A stretch of 64,000 nucleotides of DNA from Octopus sinensis (lineage: Eukaryota), in contig NC_043003.1 in assembly GCF_006345805.1 (NCBI RefSeq), positions 58,962,001 through 59,026,000 of the forward strand. Direction: 5' to 3'. Positions 63,411-64,000 of this stretch are shown one piece after another. Every line of letters starts with the position of its first letter. Positions within the stretch are counted from its first letter, which is position 1. The translations under genes and the position numbers were made by a program. The notes under the pieces were generated by a model. That model was given only the letters and a program-made list of their open reading frames with translations. It had not been told where the DNA came from and ran no database searches.

Positions 63411-64000
63411 TTAGATATATGATATATGAATATTGTTTGTTATATTTAATTCTTTTTTAACTTTAAAAGGAAAAGATGAAAATAAATATGTTTATACAGA
63501 ATCGTCTCCCAAAATTGTTCACGAATTTGAACAATTTTGACGGACGAGTTCGTTTTATATTTAATAAATTTCAAGCTCAAAGTTGAGTGTTTATGTTTTT
63601 AAATGGTTAGAATCGGTAGATTTACGAACACGTTTTTGTTTCCAAATTCCGCTTAAAGAATGCAGGTGTTACTCTCGTAATGAGTATGTAGGAAATGGTT
63701 GGCATATTTTATAAAACCCCAAGCTTATCTGACAGAAAACGGATATGATGATTATAATATCCAATAATAGCTCTTAAGTAATATAAATGACTCCTTTGAG
63801 TAACGAATCTTGACAAAATGTTTGCTTGCTTTGAATTACAGTTTCCTTCCCCGATATTACAATTTAAATTTTGTAAAATTACCTGAAAATCAGGAAGTAT
63901 TTATTTCGAACTTTAATGAATATTCAGGTTAAGTTTACTCCTGCTCCTGCTGAGAGTGCGTTTGGGAAATATTCATGACATATTAATGTATTATTGAGTT

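Noticed and set aside
63510-63539. Perfect 12-bp hairpin caaaattgttca/tgaacaattttg
   Set aside because: One such hairpin is near chance expectation in AT-rich 64 kb and has no other context.

Overview
Repeat-saturated, AT-rich metazoan genomic DNA, most likely an octopus or other coleoid cephalopod (inferred from the microsatellite load and the SINE families, not from a marker gene). I found no intact, recognisable host gene, rRNA, tRNA or CRISPR array. Almost all of the supplied ORFs are translated microsatellites. Supported content: (i) at least four tRNA-derived SINE families in more than 35 copies; (ii) LINE fragments (R4/Dong-like relic, two RTE-like, two or three CR1-like, one of them very young); (iii) two copies of an internally deleted or truncated mariner; (iv) a small MITE; (v) a decayed Penelope-like element (PLE) with RT and GIY-YIG domains. 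The main hidden signal is RNA-structural. There are at least ten type-I, mostly minimal hammerhead-ribozyme (HHR) motifs from about six sequence families. Two intact HHRs sit in ~150-bp direct repeats 1322 nt apart just downstream of the PLE (a retrozyme-like, potentially circularising unit). Two 300-480 bp palindromes carry an HHR on each strand, and one family appears to use the U3-A8 covariant core. Several short splice-site-bounded open frames suggest the window may lie within the long introns of an unidentified gene (low confidence). All coordinates and alignments were read by eye.
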